Positions 1 to 9,863 of a DNA stretch of 64,000 nucleotides are shown piece by piece. The first letter of the stretch is position 1. Every line of letters starts with the position of its first letter. Source of the DNA: an uncultured bacterium (GTDB lineage: Bacteria; Patescibacteriota; Minisyncoccia; Phycocordibacterales; PALSA-1337); contig CAWKEA010000005.1 in assembly GCA_963848635.1 (NCBI GenBank), forward strand, positions 15,275-79,274, given 5' to 3'. Both the position numbers and the translations under genes were made by a program. The notes below the pieces were generated by a model. It was not told the origin of the DNA and did not search any database. It worked only from the letters and a program-made list of their open reading frames with translations.

Positions 1-443
1 ATTCTGTGCAAGCCGAGTCATATGGCGCTCTAGTGCCAATCAGTCAGATCGGCAGTATCACCATCGAAGGCTCACGCACCATTCGCATCACTCCTTGGGA
101 TATGTCCCAAGCAAAGGCAGTCGAGAAGGCTATCGGCGCGGCCGACCTCGGTCTGTCTGTCTCTGTCGATGACAAGGGCCTTCGGGTCAATTTTCCGGAG
201 CTTACTTCGGAGCGTAGGGTAGAGATAGTCAAAGCGGCCAAAGAAAAATTAGAAGAAGCAAAAAAACAGGTCCGTGCCAGCCGCGATGAGACGATGAAAG
301 ACCTCCAAGCAAAAGAAAAGGCAGCAGCGCTCGGCAAAGACGACGCTTTTCGCTATCAAAAGGACGCTCAAAAGCTCGTCGATGAGGCGGTCAAAAAGCT
401 CGACGATGCTTTTGCAAAGAAAGAGAAAGAGATCTTAAATTAA
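1..443 (+). CDS. frr: ribosome recycling factor; 5' end cut by the window edge
   Basis: The translation (..RITPWDMSQAKAVEKAI..) matches the C-terminal two thirds of RRF. The reading frame is open to base 1. Confidence 0.85.
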   Translation, partial: SVQAESYGALVPISQIGSITIEGSRTIRITPWDMSQAKAVEKAIGAADLGLSVSVDDKGLRVNFPELTSERRVEIVKAAKEKLEEAKKQVRASRDETMKDLQAKEKAAALGKDDAFRYQKDAQKLVDEAVKKLDDAFAKKEKEILN

Positions 444-534
444 GAACCAATGTCGGTCTTTAATGCTCTAATGGTTGCGCGAGCATATCTTGCGTTGATC
501 GGCATGCTCTCGCTGACTGATCATTTTTATCTGT

Positions 535-750
535 ATGGATATCTATAAAATCCTCATTTTGATCGGAACTGTCTTCGGTTTTTTCGGCGCTTGCATCGCA
601 TATCTGATAACTTTGAACGAGTATAAAAGGCGCGATATTCCTGGCATGAACTATATAGTCGAATCCTTTAAAGTAGCGGCATTCACTTTTGTGTTTTTTC
701 TTGCCCTCTGCATCGCGCTCGCTTTTATATTCGCAAAACTAAATCTTTGA
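535..750 (+). CDS. hypothetical small membrane protein
   Basis: A 71-aa ORF with two hydrophobic helices lies between frr and rseP on the same strand. No recognisable family. Confidence 0.3.
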   Translation: MDIYKILILIGTVFGFFGACIAYLITLNEYKRRDIPGMNYIVESFKVAAFTFVFFLALCIALAFIFAKLNL

Positions 751-838
751 TCGTTCCGGACTAACAAAAAAAGATCTTTATGCTCAAAAACAGCGCTATT
801 TCTTTGGCAATCGACAGGGTAATGATATACTTTCCACT

Positions 839-1975
839 ATGTTAGAGACCGTTGTCATTTTCATCATCGTCCTCGCCGCGCTCATATTCGTGCACGAACT
901 CGGGCATTTCATCGCCGCGAGGAGCTTTGACATCAGAGTAGACGAATTCGCCCTTGGTTTTGGACCAAGGCTATGGTCGTGGAAACCAAAAAACAGCGGA
1001 TTTTGGGGTGAAACGACGTATGCCATAAACGCCATACCGTTCGGCGGGTTTGTAAAGATATTCGGCGAGAATCCAGACGACGAGTCAATGACCGGCGCCG
1101 ACAGCGGGAGGAGCTTTGTCAACGCGGCGCGCTGGAAGCAAGCGACCGTTCTCGTCGCCGGCGTCCTCGGCAATTTCATATTCGCGTGGTTCCTAATCGC
1201 CTTCGCCATGTCGATCGGCACGGCAGCGAGCCCCTCGGACTATCCGCAGTACGCGAACCGCATGACCGACGAGCGCATCATGATCGATGCTGTTTCGCAG
1301 GGCAGTCCAGCCGATAAAGCAGGTTTGAAAGAAGGGGACGTTATCGCCGGCCTTTCGGCTGCCGTTATTCCTCCCGGGCAGAGAATGACGGTTGAAGCGA
1401 TCCAGTCAGACATAGCTTCTTCGAGCGGCGCGACCCTCATCTTTTCGATCCTTCGCGATGGTAGGCATATATTCGTGAACACCGAGGCGGCCACTGGCAC
1501 GATCTCTGACAACCTCACTAGATACGCCGTGGGTATTTCTATGGATGACACTGCGACCTTGCGATTGCCTATCTACTTAGCCATATACGAAGGAGCGCGC
1601 CTGACATGGGCTTTCATGAATGAGATCGTTGTCGGTTTCGGAGCGCTTATCGCTGGTCTTTTCCAAGGCACAGCTTCCGTATCCGATTTGACTGGCCCAG
1701 TCGGTATTGCCAGCATGGTCGGCACTGCCGCACGCCTCGGCCTCTCATATCTCCTCATGTTCACCGCCTTCATCTCAATCAATCTCGGCATTGTGAATCT
1801 GATACCGTTTCCGGCGCTCGACGGCGGACGGCTTCTCTTTGTCATCATCGAAACGGTCATCCGCCGTCCGATAAAGGCCGCCATTGCCAATGCATTCAAT
1901 CTTGTCGGCTTCGTTCTTCTCATGTTGCTCATGGTATTTGTGACATATCGCGATATCTTAAGGCTGTTCAAGTAA
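839..1975 (+). CDS. rseP: RIP zinc metalloprotease RseP (site-2 protease family)
   Basis: HELGH zinc motif in an N-terminal TM helix, a PDZ-like middle domain and a C-terminal LDGG motif. In the usual position downstream of frr. Confidence 0.85.
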   Translation: MLETVVIFIIVLAALIFVHELGHFIAARSFDIRVDEFALGFGPRLWSWKPKNSGFWGETTYAINAIPFGGFVKIFGENPDDESMTGADSGRSFVNAARWKQATVLVAGVLGNFIFAWFLIAFAMSIGTAASPSDYPQYANRMTDERIMIDAVSQGSPADKAGLKEGDVIAGLSAAVIPPGQRMTVEAIQSDIASSSGATLIFSILRDGRHIFVNTEAATGTISDNLTRYAVGISMDDTATLRLPIYLAIYEGARLTWAFMNEIVVGFGALIAGLFQGTASVSDLTGPVGIASMVGTAARLGLSYLLMFTAFISINLGIVNLIPFPALDGGRLLFVIIETVIRRPIKAAIANAFNLVGFVLLMLLMVFVTYRDILRLFK

Positions 1976-1995
1976 AAAACGACCCATAAACACAA

Positions 1996-2045
1996 AACCC
2001 GCCTGTCTGCCGATAGGCAGGCTGAAGCGGGATTATGTTGTTATT
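1996..2045 (+). terminator. putative rho-independent terminator after rseP
   Basis: GC-rich imperfect hairpin cccgcctgtctgcc-gata-ggcaggctgaagcggg, followed by a T-rich stretch. Confidence 0.35.
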
Positions 2046-2099
2046 AACAAACCATAGGATTTCTCCTGTGACGTGCTAGGCCTGTTGGAGTAAAGCTCC

Positions 2100-3500
2100 T
2101 TCAGATTCCACCAGTCGAGTTGTTCGACATGTACATTATATCAAGCCGAATATTTATTCGTCAAGATATTGAATAACCCCACCCATCTTTGCACTTTTCT
2201 GGTAATTGATTCACATAATACTCGGAAGAGGTCAGCACTTCAAGCGGCACCAATTTGTTCTTGAAAGCACAGTGCACTCTTTTGGTGTTGTAGAAGGTCA
2301 AATATTCCTTCAACTTTTCATTAAATTTGGTAGTGTCATCAAAGAGTATGTTGACATTGTAATCAACGAACTCTTCTTGGATGGTACCATTGAAGCTCTC
2401 ACAGTGAGCATTCATCTTGGGAGTCTTCGGATATGTGTGGTAGTGAGTGATGTTGTTCTTTGTAAGTAAGGCGTCAAGATGTAGCTTGAATTCTGATCCG
2501 TTGTCAGTCAGTACATTCTTGATTTCATACGGAAACATCTGCATGATCAGGTAGAAGAAATGAGCAAACGTCTTTGAAGAATGTGACTTGGTAGCGATTG
2601 CGTAGGTAGTGCGTGAATATATGTCGATTGCAGTTAAAATGTACATCCTACGACCATTTCTCTGTTTCTCAATGGTATCGAGTGCCAAAACGTGTCCGGG
2701 GTACGTTGGCACCAAGTCCTTGGGCTTTCTAAGCACTTTCTTGCGATTGGTTTTCTTGATCTTGCCAAAGTGTGACACTTTCTGCGGGAATGTCCGGAGG
2801 CCACCCATGTCAGTGATTAGTCTTTCAATAGTTGATGGTTTTGGACACTTCTCAATTCCAAAAGCATCACAGAAGTCCAGAAGCAACGGGTATAGCTTTT
2901 CTGCGCCGAGGTTTGGATGATCGACCCGTAACTTCCGAAGCTCCTCAAGTATGCGGAAATCCCAAGTTCTTTTTCTCTTCTTTTGAGGTGTTCTTTTGCC
3001 AGGATTCAAGGCTTCGACTTTGCCATTGCCTTCATCCAATTTCTTCTTCCAATTGAACAAAGTCCGTCTGGAAACCTTGAATGCGTCCATGGCTGAATCG
3101 AGCCCATACTTACCCCAATGTATTAATATTTTGTACCTTTCCTGCGCTTGTTTGGTGATCATATGATGATACCTTACCGCGTAGTTCAAGACTGTGACAA
3201 ATCCTTTAATTCCCCTGCGTTTTGATTGTATTCTCATGTTGCGCCCATGTAATTAATGAGTGCAATATGTATCTGAGGTTAGTCAGATATAATCCATTTA
3301 GTGGACCTGGAGAGATTTGCACTCTCGGGCAAGCGGATAATAAGCCGTTGCCACAACTCTGTCATGCCCACAGTGATGATTTTTCATCACTGAACACAAT
3401 TATAAAGACTAGACTATTAAGAAAAGTTAAATTTTCCTAAAGATTTCTTAATAAAAAAGGTGCACCCAAGCATCGTTTCCTGAAACGAGCATATACAGCG
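2100..3500 (-). mobile_element. IS481-like insertion sequence; boundaries approximate
   Basis: AT-rich block, visibly lower GC than the flanks, containing a single transposase ORF. I could not find terminal inverted repeats by eye, so the ends are uncertain. Confidence 0.5.
2161..3237 (-). CDS. DDE transposase, IS481/IS3-superfamily (rve integrase core)
   Basis: N-terminal HTH-like region and a DDE core with DNGSEF and a downstream CESFNGT motif; this is the IS3/IS481 rve signature. 358 aa. Confidence 0.85.
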   Translation of the reverse strand: MRIQSKRRGIKGFVTVLNYAVRYHHMITKQAQERYKILIHWGKYGLDSAMDAFKVSRRTLFNWKKKLDEGNGKVEALNPGKRTPQKKRKRTWDFRILEELRKLRVDHPNLGAEKLYPLLLDFCDAFGIEKCPKPSTIERLITDMGGLRTFPQKVSHFGKIKKTNRKKVLRKPKDLVPTYPGHVLALDTIEKQRNGRRMYILTAIDIYSRTTYAIATKSHSSKTFAHFFYLIMQMFPYEIKNVLTDNGSEFKLHLDALLTKNNITHYHTYPKTPKMNAHCESFNGTIQEEFVDYNVNILFDDTTKFNEKLKEYLTFYNTKRVHCAFKNKLVPLEVLTSSEYYVNQLPEKCKDGWGYSIS

Positions 3501-3527
3501 GTTTTTTGGCGTGGTATCATTAAAATC

Positions 3528-4079
3528 ATGAAAATAGAAGTCGAAACTAGGTTTTTGGATATAGACAAAGCTGCTTTGATCTCGAAATTAAAGGCTTTGA
3601 AAGCAGTCGACTATGGCGAGGTCAAGCTCGACGAGGTCATATTTTATGACAAGGATCTCAAATGGCTAGAAGAGCACAGGCTTGTAAAGCTCAGAAAAAA
3701 AGGCGACAAAATCAGCCTGACATACAAGCAGAACAAGAGCCAGCAAGTCGACAGTACGAAAGAGATCGAATTCAACGTCTCGAGCATGGAGGAAGCAGCA
3801 GTTTTCTTAAAGGAGCTGGGGTTAGTCGCCTACAGGACGATCGAAAAGCGCAGGCATTCTTTCACGCTCGACGATGTGACCTTGGACATAGATACTTGGC
3901 CAAAGATCCCGACCTATGTAGAGCTGGAAGGAGGCTCGGTCGATGAATTGAAGTCTGTCGCCGGCAAGCTCGGATTTGTATGGGAAAACAGATTCGACAA
4001 AGATCCGCGGTACGTATTCAAAAAATACGGCTATGACTTCGACAAGATAAAGACGGTCACTTTCGATAGATTCGAATAA
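3528..4079 (+). CDS. CYTH-domain protein (triphosphate tunnel metalloenzyme / class IV adenylate cyclase-like)
   Basis: N-terminal MKIEVETRF gives the ExExK signature of CYTH/CyaB-type enzymes. About 180 aa, typical for the family. Confidence 0.55.
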   Translation: MKIEVETRFLDIDKAALISKLKALKAVDYGEVKLDEVIFYDKDLKWLEEHRLVKLRKKGDKISLTYKQNKSQQVDSTKEIEFNVSSMEEAAVFLKELGLVAYRTIEKRRHSFTLDDVTLDIDTWPKIPTYVELEGGSVDELKSVAGKLGFVWENRFDKDPRYVFKKYGYDFDKIKTVTFDRFE

Positions 4080-4083
4080 CATC

Positions 4084-4611
4084 ATGGAAGGGATAAATCT
4101 GGAAAATTTTCCGAAAAAGGAGGAAGAGTTGGAGAAGCTCGTCGAGTCTTCCGATGTCGCCGTCGATGCTGAAAGCGGATTGGCATTGGTGGTCATCAAA
4201 CCTGACGCTTTCTCAAAAAAAGACCAGATAGTCAAGAGGCTTGAAAGCTCTGGCTTGTACATCGTGAGAAAGAAGATGAGGAAGCTACCTGACGATTTTG
4301 TGATCGGACAGATGTATGGGACTGACATGCCGAAAGGCATTGAGGAGGAAACATTGAAGCACTTCAATTCTGGCCCGTCAGAGATCATATTGGTGAATGG
4401 CGGACCGAATATCCTGAATAAAATTGTTAAAGTGACAGGCGAACATACGGATCCGAACAGATGCGACGAATCCAGCATCAGGTATGCCTTTGGAGAGCAT
4501 TTCATGAGAGAGGCAAATGACGGCAGTCAATATTCAAGGAATGCCATTCACAGGGCAAAGAATGAGAAAGAACGCACAGAGGATTTGGAAAAGTTCAAGC
4601 CGCTCCTTTGA
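4084..4611 (+). CDS. divergent nucleoside diphosphate kinase-like protein
   Basis: VVIKPDAF, SGPSEIILVNG and NAIHRAKN segments align with the NDK fold motifs IKPD, SGPVV..LEG and N.IHGSDS. The catalytic His is present. Confidence 0.45.
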   Translation: MEGINLENFPKKEEELEKLVESSDVAVDAESGLALVVIKPDAFSKKDQIVKRLESSGLYIVRKKMRKLPDDFVIGQMYGTDMPKGIEEETLKHFNSGPSEIILVNGGPNILNKIVKVTGEHTDPNRCDESSIRYAFGEHFMREANDGSQYSRNAIHRAKNEKERTEDLEKFKPLL

Positions 4612-4637
4612 TTTGTATGTTAAAATATTGAGATAAA

Positions 4638-5456
4638 ATGAAAGCCTCTTTCACCCACTATTCCCATCGAAGCAGGCGCGCGCACAAGGTGTCTCTCTTG
4701 GAGAAGTTGGCGCTCTGGTTCCTCATACCGATCATTTTGATCGGCCTCACGGTCGCTGCTATCGAACTCGCAGGAGTCGATATCGGGGCAGATTTCAGCA
4801 ATGTGCCGATCATCTATCTGTGCACTGCCTTCTTGTTCTCCTTTGCCAGGCTTTTTGTCGCCTACATCTTCTCGCTCGTCATCGGCGTCATCCTGGCCAT
4901 TCTCATCTTGCGCTCGCATGTCTGGGAGCGGATCCTCATCCCTGTCTACGATGTGCTCGAATCGGTGCCCGTCCTCGTCTTCTTTCCCGTCATCATCCTC
5001 TTCTTCATCCATTACAATCTGCTCAACAGCGCAGCCATTTTCATCATCGTCCTCACTATGATCTGGAGCATCGTCTTTGCGTCGATCGGCGGCCTGCACG
5101 TCATACCCGAGGACGTCATGTACGTGCCAAAGATATTTGGCCTGACTCGGCTCCAATCGTTCCGCAAAGTGATCTTGCCAGCCCTATTCCCGTCGATAGT
5201 CACGGGCTCGCTCCTGGCCTGGGCGGCCGGCTGGAACATTCTCATCGTGGCCGAGGTATTGCATACGTACGTGCCGGCAGGGCAGAATGTCAGCGATGTC
5301 TTCGGTATCGGCAGCGTACTCGTCCAAGCGTCGTCATCCGGCGATCAATCGCTGTTTTTATGGTCGATCATTGTCATTGTTGCGGCGATAACGCTTATCA
5401 ATGTGTTTGTCTGGCAGAGGCTGTTGAAGTATGCGGAGAGATTCAAATTCGATTAA
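4638..5456 (+). CDS. ABC transporter permease (NitT/TauT-type, SsuC-like)
   Basis: Six predicted TM helices and an EAA-like loop region, immediately upstream of the ATPase gene. Confidence 0.7.
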   Translation: MKASFTHYSHRSRRAHKVSLLEKLALWFLIPIILIGLTVAAIELAGVDIGADFSNVPIIYLCTAFLFSFARLFVAYIFSLVIGVILAILILRSHVWERILIPVYDVLESVPVLVFFPVIILFFIHYNLLNSAAIFIIVLTMIWSIVFASIGGLHVIPEDVMYVPKIFGLTRLQSFRKVILPALFPSIVTGSLLAWAAGWNILIVAEVLHTYVPAGQNVSDVFGIGSVLVQASSSGDQSLFLWSIIVIVAAITLINVFVWQRLLKYAERFKFD

Positions 5457-5583
5457 TTATGAAATCACAAATTCGAACTTACAATCTCCAAATGAATCCC
5501 GATATCCAATGTTCAAAACGTTTGGGATTTGCGGTCTGTAATTTATTTGGAACTTGTCATTTCAAATTTGATGCTTTAAAAAT

Positions 5584-6330
5584 ATGACCAAACCAATCCT
5601 TACTTTTTCCAATGTTTCGTACAAATACCACAACGGCTCGGCCGATGTGCTCCACGATATCTCTTTTTCGCTAGAAAAGAATTCCTTTACCATCCTCGTC
5701 GGCCCGTCCGGTTGCGGCAAATCGACATTGATCAAGCTCGTCGCGGGCCTCACAGAGCCTTCTGCAGGCTCGCTCAACGCGCCGAAAAAGATGGCTATGG
5801 TCTTCCAGAATGGAACGCTTTTGCCGTGGTATTCGGCGCTCGATAATGTCATTTTGGCACTTGCTTCTGTACAAGATGACATCTCGTACACAAAGAAAAA
5901 GCGCGCTCTTGAAGCCCTAGCCCTCATGAATATAAAGGAGCTCGCAGATTCGTATCCGCGCAGCCTCTCCGGCGGCCAGCGCCAGCGCGTCGGCATCGCG
6001 CGCGCCCTCGCGGCAGAGCCGGAACTGCTCCTCCTCGACGAGCCTTTTTCTGCGCTCGATGCAGAAACGACTGAGGCCCTGCATCGCGAACTTCTGGAAA
6101 TATGGAAAACTCGTGGCATCAGTATTCTTATGATCTCGCACTCATTAGAAGAAGCCGTCACGCTCGGCGAGCGCATCCTGGTTATGCACGATGGCCGGTT
6201 GGTCCATGAGCATATCGTCCAGCTCGATTATCCGCGCGACCCGACAACCGAAACATTTGGCATGTATATCGCCTCCATCAGAAAAGAATTGAAGGAAAAG
6301 AGAAGAAGCGTCAGAAATGCGCAGGATTGA
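5584..6330 (+). CDS. ABC transporter ATP-binding protein (SsuB/TauB-like)
   Basis: Walker [13 protein letters not shown] signature LSGGQRQR and Walker [13 protein letters not shown]. Confidence 0.9.
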   Translation: MTKPILTFSNVSYKYHNGSADVLHDISFSLEKNSFTILVGPSGCGKSTLIKLVAGLTEPSAGSLNAPKKMAMVFQNGTLLPWYSALDNVILALASVQDDISYTKKKRALEALALMNIKELADSYPRSLSGGQRQRVGIARALAAEPELLLLDEPFSALDAETTEALHRELLEIWKTRGISILMISHSLEEAVTLGERILVMHDGRLVHEHIVQLDYPRDPTTETFGMYIASIRKELKEKRRSVRNAQD

Positions 6331-6371
6331 GCAATCTTGCCTTTTTCAGCCATATTTGCTACATTGTTTCT

Positions 6372-6632
6372 ATGAAAAAAGACATACATCCAAAGGACTA
6401 CCGCAAGGTCATCTTCCACGACAACTCCAATGACGTGGATTTTCTGATTGCTTCAACTATAAAATCGACAGAAAAGGCCAAATGGCATGATGGCGTCGAA
6501 TATCCGATGGTCACCGTCGAAATCTCCTCGTCCTCGCACCCTTTCTATACCAACCAGGAAAAGATGATGGACGCCGCTGGACGCGTCGAAAAATTCAAAG
6601 CGCGCCAAGCAAAGGCCACAAAGAAGAAGTAA
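6372..6632 (+). CDS. rpmE: 50S ribosomal protein L31
   Basis: Starts [10 protein letters not shown] and continues ..HPFYT..; canonical L31. The start is taken at the internal Met of the longer ORF. Confidence 0.85.
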   Translation: MKKDIHPKDYRKVIFHDNSNDVDFLIASTIKSTEKAKWHDGVEYPMVTVEISSSSHPFYTNQEKMMDAAGRVEKFKARQAKATKKK

Positions 6633-6640
6633 ATAGATAG

Positions 6641-6706
6641 TAGAAATAGAAAATAGAATAATGCGAGCATGCTCGCACCCCTTCTATTTTCTGATTCTAT
6701 TTTCTA
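6641..6706. terminator. complex palindromic terminator-like structure after rpmE
   Basis: Perfect 14-bp palindrome gcgagcatgctcgc at 6664-6677. It is nested in longer arms: agaaatagaaaatagaa pairs with ttctattttctgattctattttct. Confidence 0.45.
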
Positions 6707-6717
6707 CTTCTATCTCT

Positions 6718-7695
6718 ATGAACTGGGAAGAACTCAAAAAAAATCACAAGACGGCGTTTCTGGCCGAGATGCACGACAAGCTCTTAAAAGACGAAAAAGA
6801 GGTTTTGGAAATGGCCAAGGATCCTGCAATGAAGGACATGGCTGAAGCTGATCTCAGGAGCCTTGCAGAGCAGAAAAAGAACGTCGAAGACCAGGTTCAG
6901 GCGATCCTCGATTCAGAAAAAGAAGAGATCGAAGTACCGAACGAGCTTATCTTGGAAGTGCGCGCCGGCGCGGGCGGCGAAGAAGCCGCATTGTTCGCCG
7001 AAAAGCTGGTGCAGATGTACAGGGCTTATGCGGTGACGAAAGGCTGGCAGACAAAGATCGTGGAAGAGTCGCGTAGTTCGCTCAAGGGCTACAAGGAGGC
7101 ATCTCTTGAAGTGAAAGGCAAAGGCGCATACGACGATCTTCGCTGGGAAACGGGCGTCCATCGCATACAGCGCGTGCCAGAAACGGAAAAATCCGGCCGT
7201 ATACATACGTCGACCGCGGCTGTGGCTATCTTGCCTATCCGTAAAAAGACAAAGCTCGTCATTCCGCCGGCCGATCTTGAGATGGAATTCTCTCGCGCCG
7301 GCGGCAAGGGCGGCCAGAACGTCAACAAAGTCGAGACGGCCGTGCGCCTCGTCCACAAACCAACTGGCCTTGACGTTCGCGTCACGGCGGAGCGTTCGCA
7401 GAGCGCTAACCGCGAGCGTGCAATGCAGATTTTGACCGCAAAGATCGAAGCTCGACAGGAGGAAGAGGCCGCCCTGAAATTCAGCGCCAACAAGAAAGCC
7501 CAGCTCGGCACTGGCGACCGCTCTGAAAAGATCCGTACGTATAACATTTTGCAGGACCGTATAACTGACCATCGCATAAAACAAAGCTGGCATAACATCG
7601 AGACGATCTTTGAGGGTGGGCTCGACCCGATCATCGACGCATTGCATGAATTCGAAAGGACAGGAAAAGTGGGGAATGAGGAAGGGGAGGAATGA
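6718..7695 (+). CDS. prfA: peptide chain release factor 1
   Basis: GGQ motif ([14 protein letters not shown]) and [13 protein letters not shown], which is RF1-type rather than the SPF motif of RF2. Confidence 0.85.
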   Translation: MNWEELKKNHKTAFLAEMHDKLLKDEKEVLEMAKDPAMKDMAEADLRSLAEQKKNVEDQVQAILDSEKEEIEVPNELILEVRAGAGGEEAALFAEKLVQMYRAYAVTKGWQTKIVEESRSSLKGYKEASLEVKGKGAYDDLRWETGVHRIQRVPETEKSGRIHTSTAAVAILPIRKKTKLVIPPADLEMEFSRAGGKGGQNVNKVETAVRLVHKPTGLDVRVTAERSQSANRERAMQILTAKIEARQEEEAALKFSANKKAQLGTGDRSEKIRTYNILQDRITDHRIKQSWHNIETIFEGGLDPIIDALHEFERTGKVGNEEGEE

Positions 7696-7707
7696 TGTAA
7701 AAATTTG

Positions 7708-7743
7708 AAAAAAGCCTGCTTGCAAGTGAGCGGGCTTTTTTGT
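7708..7743. terminator. bidirectional rho-independent terminator
   Basis: The hairpin aaaaaagcctgcttgcaagtgagcgggcttttttg has an A-tract before it and a T-tract after it. It sits between the convergent prfA and P-loop genes. Confidence 0.5.
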
Positions 7744-7797
7744 TAAAGAAAAGCGCGCATCCATTTGAAGGAATGCGCGCGATTTTGATTGGACTGG

Positions 7798-8499
7798 TCA
7801 ACAAGCGGCTTGCGGCCTCATTGCTGCGAACACATCAAACAATTGCTGGGGACGTGCTGGTTCGGATTTGGTTTTCAGCGATCGCGAAAGAACAGGTACG
7901 ACTTTTTCAGGCTTGGCTCCATCAAGGAATTTGCGAGCTTCCGTCCTCTTATCGAGGATTTGATGGCCCATTGACCGTCTCTCAACACTCGTGATGGCCA
8001 TTCGCGACACGATATGTCTTGCGCGGTCATAAAACTTGCCGGAAGCGCCCACCCAAACGAATTGACCGCTGTGTTGTCTATCGAATTTCATGGCCAAGCC
8101 GTAGATTGCGTTCCTCTCGTCGTCTTTGCGATCGACGAGGACAAGCCGTGCCCCAGGGCACGCTTCGAGCAGGATAGACATGTGCTCATCGTTTTCGGGG
8201 AAGCCACAGATAACCAGATGCCGAAGAGGCGGTTGGCCAGTGGGGACGTCTTGCAAAGCATTGATGAACCCCGCTGTAAGAAACGCTGACCGTGCTATCT
8301 GCTGGTCGGTTGATCCTTCCGTCTCATCGTAAATTTCAGCAGTGGGCGGAACAGAGCTACCAAGGTTCACAAACCGAAATCCGCTGAGATAGACTGCTGA
8401 TCGGCGCAAGCCTTCGAGGAGGATGCTTTTGCCGCAATTTTCCGGTCCAACGAGTGCCGTGATCCCGATTTGGCCGCATCCTGTCTTGCATATTTCCAT
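7798..8499 (-). CDS. hypothetical P-loop NTPase
   Basis: Walker A-like LVGPENCGKS and a later hydrophobic-D/E stretch (LVLVDRKDDE). No confident family assignment. It is divergent from pilB. Confidence 0.45.
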   Translation of the reverse strand: MEICKTGCGQIGITALVGPENCGKSILLEGLRRSAVYLSGFRFVNLGSSVPPTAEIYDETEGSTDQQIARSAFLTAGFINALQDVPTGQPPLRHLVICGFPENDEHMSILLEACPGARLVLVDRKDDERNAIYGLAMKFDRQHSGQFVWVGASGKFYDRARHIVSRMAITSVERRSMGHQILDKRTEARKFLDGAKPEKVVPVLSRSLKTKSEPARPQQLFDVFAAMRPQAAC

Positions 8500-8722
8500 A
8501 TGTATCGATATTTAATTTTGGTTGATTTTTGTGTCTAACCAGTCCATATTTGGAACTTGCTGGAAAGAACTGTTACGAGAGAGTATATTACCATACTTAT
8601 TTAAAAAAGCAAACTCGTTATTATCGGCTATTTTTCACGGCTTAAAATATAGTACAGCTACGCGACGGGCATGCCGATAGTTATTCTTTAACTTTTCTTT
8701 AGAATTATTTTAACTTTATTTA

Positions 8723-9853
8723 ATGACAATTCTCTATAATTTCAGCATGCAGTTGACCATACAGCCCGATGGAAAGGCATTTGAGGCACTCGATGCGATC
8801 ATCGAATATGCCGTCGTTCACGGCGCTTCTGATGTCCATATCGATCCTGAAAAGGATGCTCTTGCCGTGCGCATGAGGATCGACGGCGTCTTGATACATT
8901 GCGCCACGGTCTCTTTGTCGTTCCACCAGGAACTGATCGCACGGATCAAGGTTCTGGCAAGATTGAGGCCTGACATACATCTGCTCGCCCAGGATGGCCG
9001 GTTTTCATATTCAAAAGAATCGTTTGGCGCTGTCGTCGATATGCGAGTTTCGATCATTCCGACTCATTTCGGCGAAAACGCGGTCATAAGGGTCTTGGCA
9101 GGCGGTAAAAATACGACAAGGCTCTCGTCTCTCGGCTTTTCACCTGACAACGAATCTACCATCCGTGAAGCGCTGACTCGCACTCAAGGCATGATACTCG
9201 TCACTGGACCGACCGGCAGTGGCAAAACGTCGACAATGTATGCCATGCTCCGAGAGCTTGTTTCTGAACAGCTATCCATCGTCACTCTCGAAGATCCGAT
9301 CGAGTATGCCATTCCCGGCATCCGGCAGATAGCTGTCGACCACCGCTATGGGATCAATTTTTCCAACGGTTTGCGCTCGCTCGTGCGCCAAGATCCAGAT
9401 GTCATAATGGTCGGCGAGATCCGCGACAAAGAGACGGCGCAGATAGCCACAAACATCGCTCTAACCGGCCACCTAATTATTTCAACGCTTCATACTGCCA
9501 ATGCTCTCGGCTCTGTAGTTCGTTTGGCGGATCTTGGCATTGATCCATATCTTATCGCGCACACTCTCTCTATCGTCATCGCTCAGCGCCTTATCCGCAC
9601 GCTGTGTATGACCTGCGACGGCATTGGGTGTCCCAGCTGCTTCCAAAAAGGCTACCGCGGCAGAACGGTGATAGCCGAAGTGCTTGAGATCGACGACGAG
9701 ATGCGCGCTTATATCTCGATAAAGATGCCCTTGGCTGAAATTGCCCGCCATGCTCGCGTCAAGGGCATGGTCACCATGCGCGATCATGCCGCGGAAAAAA
9801 TCGATTGGGGAGCGACAACCCTTGAAGAAGTCAAACGAGTATTGGATCTGTAA
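8723..9853 (+). CDS. pilB: type IV pilus / type II secretion assembly ATPase (PilB/GspE family, short form)
   Basis: Walker A GPTGSGKTST, Asp box, His box (TLHTANA) and a C-terminal tetracysteine CMTCDGIGCPSC. Confidence 0.85.
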   Translation: MTILYNFSMQLTIQPDGKAFEALDAIIEYAVVHGASDVHIDPEKDALAVRMRIDGVLIHCATVSLSFHQELIARIKVLARLRPDIHLLAQDGRFSYSKESFGAVVDMRVSIIPTHFGENAVIRVLAGGKNTTRLSSLGFSPDNESTIREALTRTQGMILVTGPTGSGKTSTMYAMLRELVSEQLSIVTLEDPIEYAIPGIRQIAVDHRYGINFSNGLRSLVRQDPDVIMVGEIRDKETAQIATNIALTGHLIISTLHTANALGSVVRLADLGIDPYLIAHTLSIVIAQRLIRTLCMTCDGIGCPSCFQKGYRGRTVIAEVLEIDDEMRAYISIKMPLAEIARHARVKGMVTMRDHAAEKIDWGATTLEEVKRVLDL

Positions 9854-9863
9854 GATATCGGGC

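Noticed and set aside
2041-3400. Terminal inverted repeats of the IS element
   Set aside because: Candidate ends beginning TGTG at about 2068 and about 3375 align poorly, at fewer than half the positions. I could not define TIRs or target-site duplications by eye, so element boundaries are given only approximately.
4620-5587. Overlapping alternative-frame ORFs (4620-5156 minus, 4820-5587 plus, 4801-5061 plus) within the ABC permease gene
   Set aside because: They are low-complexity (D/E-rich or R/H-rich) translations of the other frames of a clearly membrane-protein-encoding gene.
6913-7764. 283-aa minus-strand ORF covering most of prfA
   Set aside because: prfA on the plus strand has GGQ and full RF1 architecture. 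The antisense ORF has no recognisable features.
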